This document shows, piece by piece, positions 60,701 through 64,000 of a stretch of DNA of 64,000 nucleotides. The position numbers were made by a program, and so were the translations under genes. Location: contig JAYWIR010000127.1 of assembly GCA_036172245.1 (NCBI GenBank), positions 1 through 64,000 on the forward strand. The letters run 5' to 3'. The notes beneath the pieces were generated by a model that worked only from the letters and a program-made list of their open reading frames with translations, ran no database searches and had not been told where the DNA came from. Within the stretch, counting starts at the first letter, position 1. Each line of letters starts with the position of its first letter. This DNA comes from Raillietiella orientalis (lineage: Eukaryota).

Positions 60701-63700
60701 TTGCATGAACCATGGAAGGATTTACGATTCGGGATATCAGAAGAACCCAATTGCCATGCACCCACTTCGAATCCCTACGCGCATGGGAGTCTTCTACGGA
60801 GACGAAGAACCTTCATTCGCATTGTAGACCAGCGGTTGCACCTCAGCAACGCAAGGATTTTAGCTAAGACATCCACTTTTTCGTCCCTGCACTTCCGAGT
60901 TTTCTACGACCCCATCCCGGGATGCACCTTCCTAACAGAAGACTTCCGATGTTTTGCGTTTCACCGGTAAGGCGTCCCGAGCATCAAGTTGCTTTGCTAT
61001 GAGTCTGCTGCTCGTGATGGCTTGATGACGTGATGGCTTCTTCAGCATTGGTCCCGCAAGCGCACCTTCCGCATTAGGCACAGAGTTCAACAAGAAACGC
61101 CCTTAAACACACTTCTAGCTCATGGTGATGCAAGGGAGGAACAAAGATGAGGTCAGCTCGCATCTCACGATGCTTTTTCTGAGTAGGTGCAACGCGCGTG
61201 CCGCGGTTCGAGAAACGGTTAGAAAAACCAATCCAAAAATAAGGAGCGAGCTGTCACCTGTCGCGAATCGCGCTTGGCAACCCTGAAAGTAAGAGCCTCC
61301 GACTGCGCAAGCATCCCAAGTTGCAGGCCGAGGAGCAAAGATTTTCCCTCATTGTGTCGTGAAGCAGGGAAGGAGGAGGACAACCAGTCGATCAGCCGAA
61401 GCTGCGCTTTCATGCGCTTGTTGCTCTGAAGAGTGGCCAGGAGGGTTTTTCCCGTCCGCCCGACTGAAGAGTAAGGAATACGAAAGACTCTCACCATGTG
61501 CATCCTCGGAAGAAACATTTCGTTTGATTTCTTGTGCACTGCCGTCAGATGCCTACTGAAGACTCCGATGAAGCAGCAAGACGCCACGTACACTGGAAAG
61601 GTGAACTGAGAGGTGAGAGCTCCTCCCAGAAAATAAATAAAGATTCCGCCGATGTACAAGTGTTTCTGGCTACACGACTAGGTCATCTCATATGCAATTA
61701 TTTTGAAATGCATAAGCCTGGTCGCAAGTGCTGAAAAAGAAAACCGGCGTCATCTTGACAGATGTCAATCACATTTTCTAAGATGTGTTTGTTCTTTGCT
61801 GGAGAGAATTGTCGCAAATGTTCCAGGTCCACAGCTGCATTTTGCTGCGCAGTTGGTGAACATTTATCTTAGCGTGGTCTAGGCACAGCACTGTTCCGTG
61901 AAAGCAGCACCTCATTCACAGCACCCCCGAATAGAAGGTGAGCAGCGAACGAGGGGATTTCTCCCTTACGTAGAGAGCACATATGTTTGCCAGATATGCG
62001 TATTTTGTGGTGCATCACATAGATTTTAAAGATTCTACTGTTTCGGAATTACTTTAGCAGATTTGCTTTGCTGAATGAGATTCCGAGGAAAGAATCTAAT
62101 CACCCCGTATTGGGATTCGCTTCCTTTGTGCCCACATGCAGTTTCTTCAAAGACATCGAAATGTTCTTCAAAGCATACAGTGTAACAAGCAAGTCAATCT
62201 ACTGTGAGGCCTTACGTTCAAAGGAGTCCTTCGTACTTCTAGCTCTTGCTGAGCCAGGTCTTCTCCTTTCAACAGGAGCAGACCAAGTGTTGCACAGACC
62301 GAAGTGATAAACAGCTTCTCCGTCGGGACTTCCGTCGATGGATTGATGATTCTTCTCGATGACCAGCAACCTCTCGAGTTTGTTTGTTTTTTCTTCCATT
62401 ACTTAGGCAAAAGCTTATCACAGCCCGGCCTGCGCTAAGAGGAAGACGTTCAGCCGGTGGGGTAGTGGTTCTTCCGAATGATGGGAGGTGCGGAAGCAGC
62501 TCAGGGCCGAGGAGCGAGCGAGCTGGCGAACGCTGCAACTCCACATTCTCGGGCAATGGGATCCGCTGTGGTGGTTGGGAATGTTGGGTCGTGCCCTCTA
62601 AGGAGCGCCTTTTCACCAGGTTGTGCCTGAGCCTCCAGCGTGTTTCTCGCCCTCCCTGTGGCCGATACCACAGGATGAGCGACGGCTTTTAATTCCAAGA
62701 GTGACCTCGATGTCGGGGAGAGGTTTCACATTACGGATGACCCTTGAACGTGAATAGACACTAATGCAAATTTCAACAGTTGGGCCTGACGGATTCCCTG
62801 TGGCAAAAATCGTATCGGAGACGTCTCCAGGAGCAGAGGTTGCTACGCCGAGCAGGGATAAAAACATAAGCTCGCTGATAAGAAGTTTTTTGTCCATGGG
62901 TGCAGCAGTTGCCCATAAATACAAGTAGATATGATTTCTAAATCCTTTCTTATTTTGTTCCTTCAGAAAATTCAACGTTTCCGTGTGCGCTTGACGAATG
63001 CTGGTAACGCCTGCAATAGGCAGCTGGGAAGAGCTATGCAGTGCAAATGTAGTGTTGGTCCACCGCGTACTGAAGAAGCCAATGTGTGTGGAAAGGAGAG
63101 ATGTTAGCTATCCTATCCTTAAGGGCGAATCCGTGTGGATCCATCCGAATGGGGTTTGCTGCCTATGTGCGCAAGGTTGCGGACTATCGAAGTGTGCTGC
63201 TGTTCATGCTGTTTTGCGGAAAACAGGTGCTGTACCAGCCTTTCACCACATTTAGTGGGCTGGAAGGAACACGTACGCGTATAGCAATTAGGACGTTCAT
63301 CTTAAAAGAAGTAGGCAGCAATGACGGAATCGGAGAGACGTGGTAGGTAATCAGGCCTAATGTTGTACATTCTCCAGGGTCACGGGAAACGAACATCAGG
63401 CGTACTCGCTGCGGTGAGTCTGTGATAATCTAACATTTGCAGGCAAACTCTTGCAAGAAAAAAGGGTGCACACGTACAGCCACAACTTTCCGCAAAAAGA
63501 ACGCGGGCACAAAAAAGAGACTCGCCCTCACATCGACCAAAGAATCGAATATGCAACGGAGGCTTCCGGGCTTACCTAGGAGCCAAACACACTTCGGGAT
63601 GCGAACTGCTTGAAGAAAGTGACGCAGCAAATTCTGAAATACAGAAGCCTTCCAGAAAGAGCATTGCATACGAAGGAAATGGTGCTGCAAAGGTGACAAA

Positions 63701-64000
63701 GGAATAAAGTGAACTGCGTGCAATGAGAGCAGAAACGGTCAACACAATGGCTAGGCAGGAAAACAAACAACGACACTACTGATATATTTCTCCTTGCACG
63801 CGACCTTCTTTGAGCTGGCTCTGCCGAAGGGAGAAACATTACATCGAAAAGGCCCTTACGGGCTCTGGAGCATCAAGTAGCCTCTCGCGACTCCGAAATG
63901 AAATACTTCAGCGCGACAAAATCGCTTGGACCGGACCGGGGAGGGCACCTCGAAGCTCCTAGGGGGAAAGTGGTTTTCAGTGAGGAAGAGTTGGGAAGGG
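57790..64000. other. AT-richer, apparently non-repetitive flank; no confident gene call
   Basis: No LINE motifs, only short ORFs, and an abrupt compositional change. Confidence 0.6.

Overview
This window looks eukaryotic. Positions ~1-57,790 are almost entirely a dense, nested ('Russian-doll') cluster of about 20 pieces of related non-LTR retrotransposons with L1/Tx1-type architecture. ORF1 has an RRM-like region and two CCHC knuckles; ORF2 has an APE endonuclease, an RT with YADD and a C-terminal CCHC finger. Full-length units are ~5.5-5.7 kb, and every copy I read carries stops or frameshifts. Several insertions can be reconstructed from target-site duplications and from host reading frames that resume on the other side. 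Notable points: (1) most junctions join elements of opposite orientation; (2) insertions recur at the same homologous codons of sister elements' ORF2 (RT 'KAFD', post-endonuclease 'LPxGF..RNERAY', RT 'DAKL'); (3) the elements lack a poly(A) tail and end in AATAAA plus a CCCGG-N(4-6)-CCGGG-TG hairpin (12 copies); (4) the 3' UTR has a structure with compensatory changes; (5) there is a shared 5' terminal GGACGTGTTTT motif (6 copies); (6) an ORF1/ORF2 junction hairpin holds TAATG in its loop in one subfamily and AUG-less TAACA in another. Positions ~57,790-64,000 are AT-richer, apparently non-repetitive sequence with no confidently identifiable gene. Coordinates were read by eye and are approximate, and no alignments or database searches were run.
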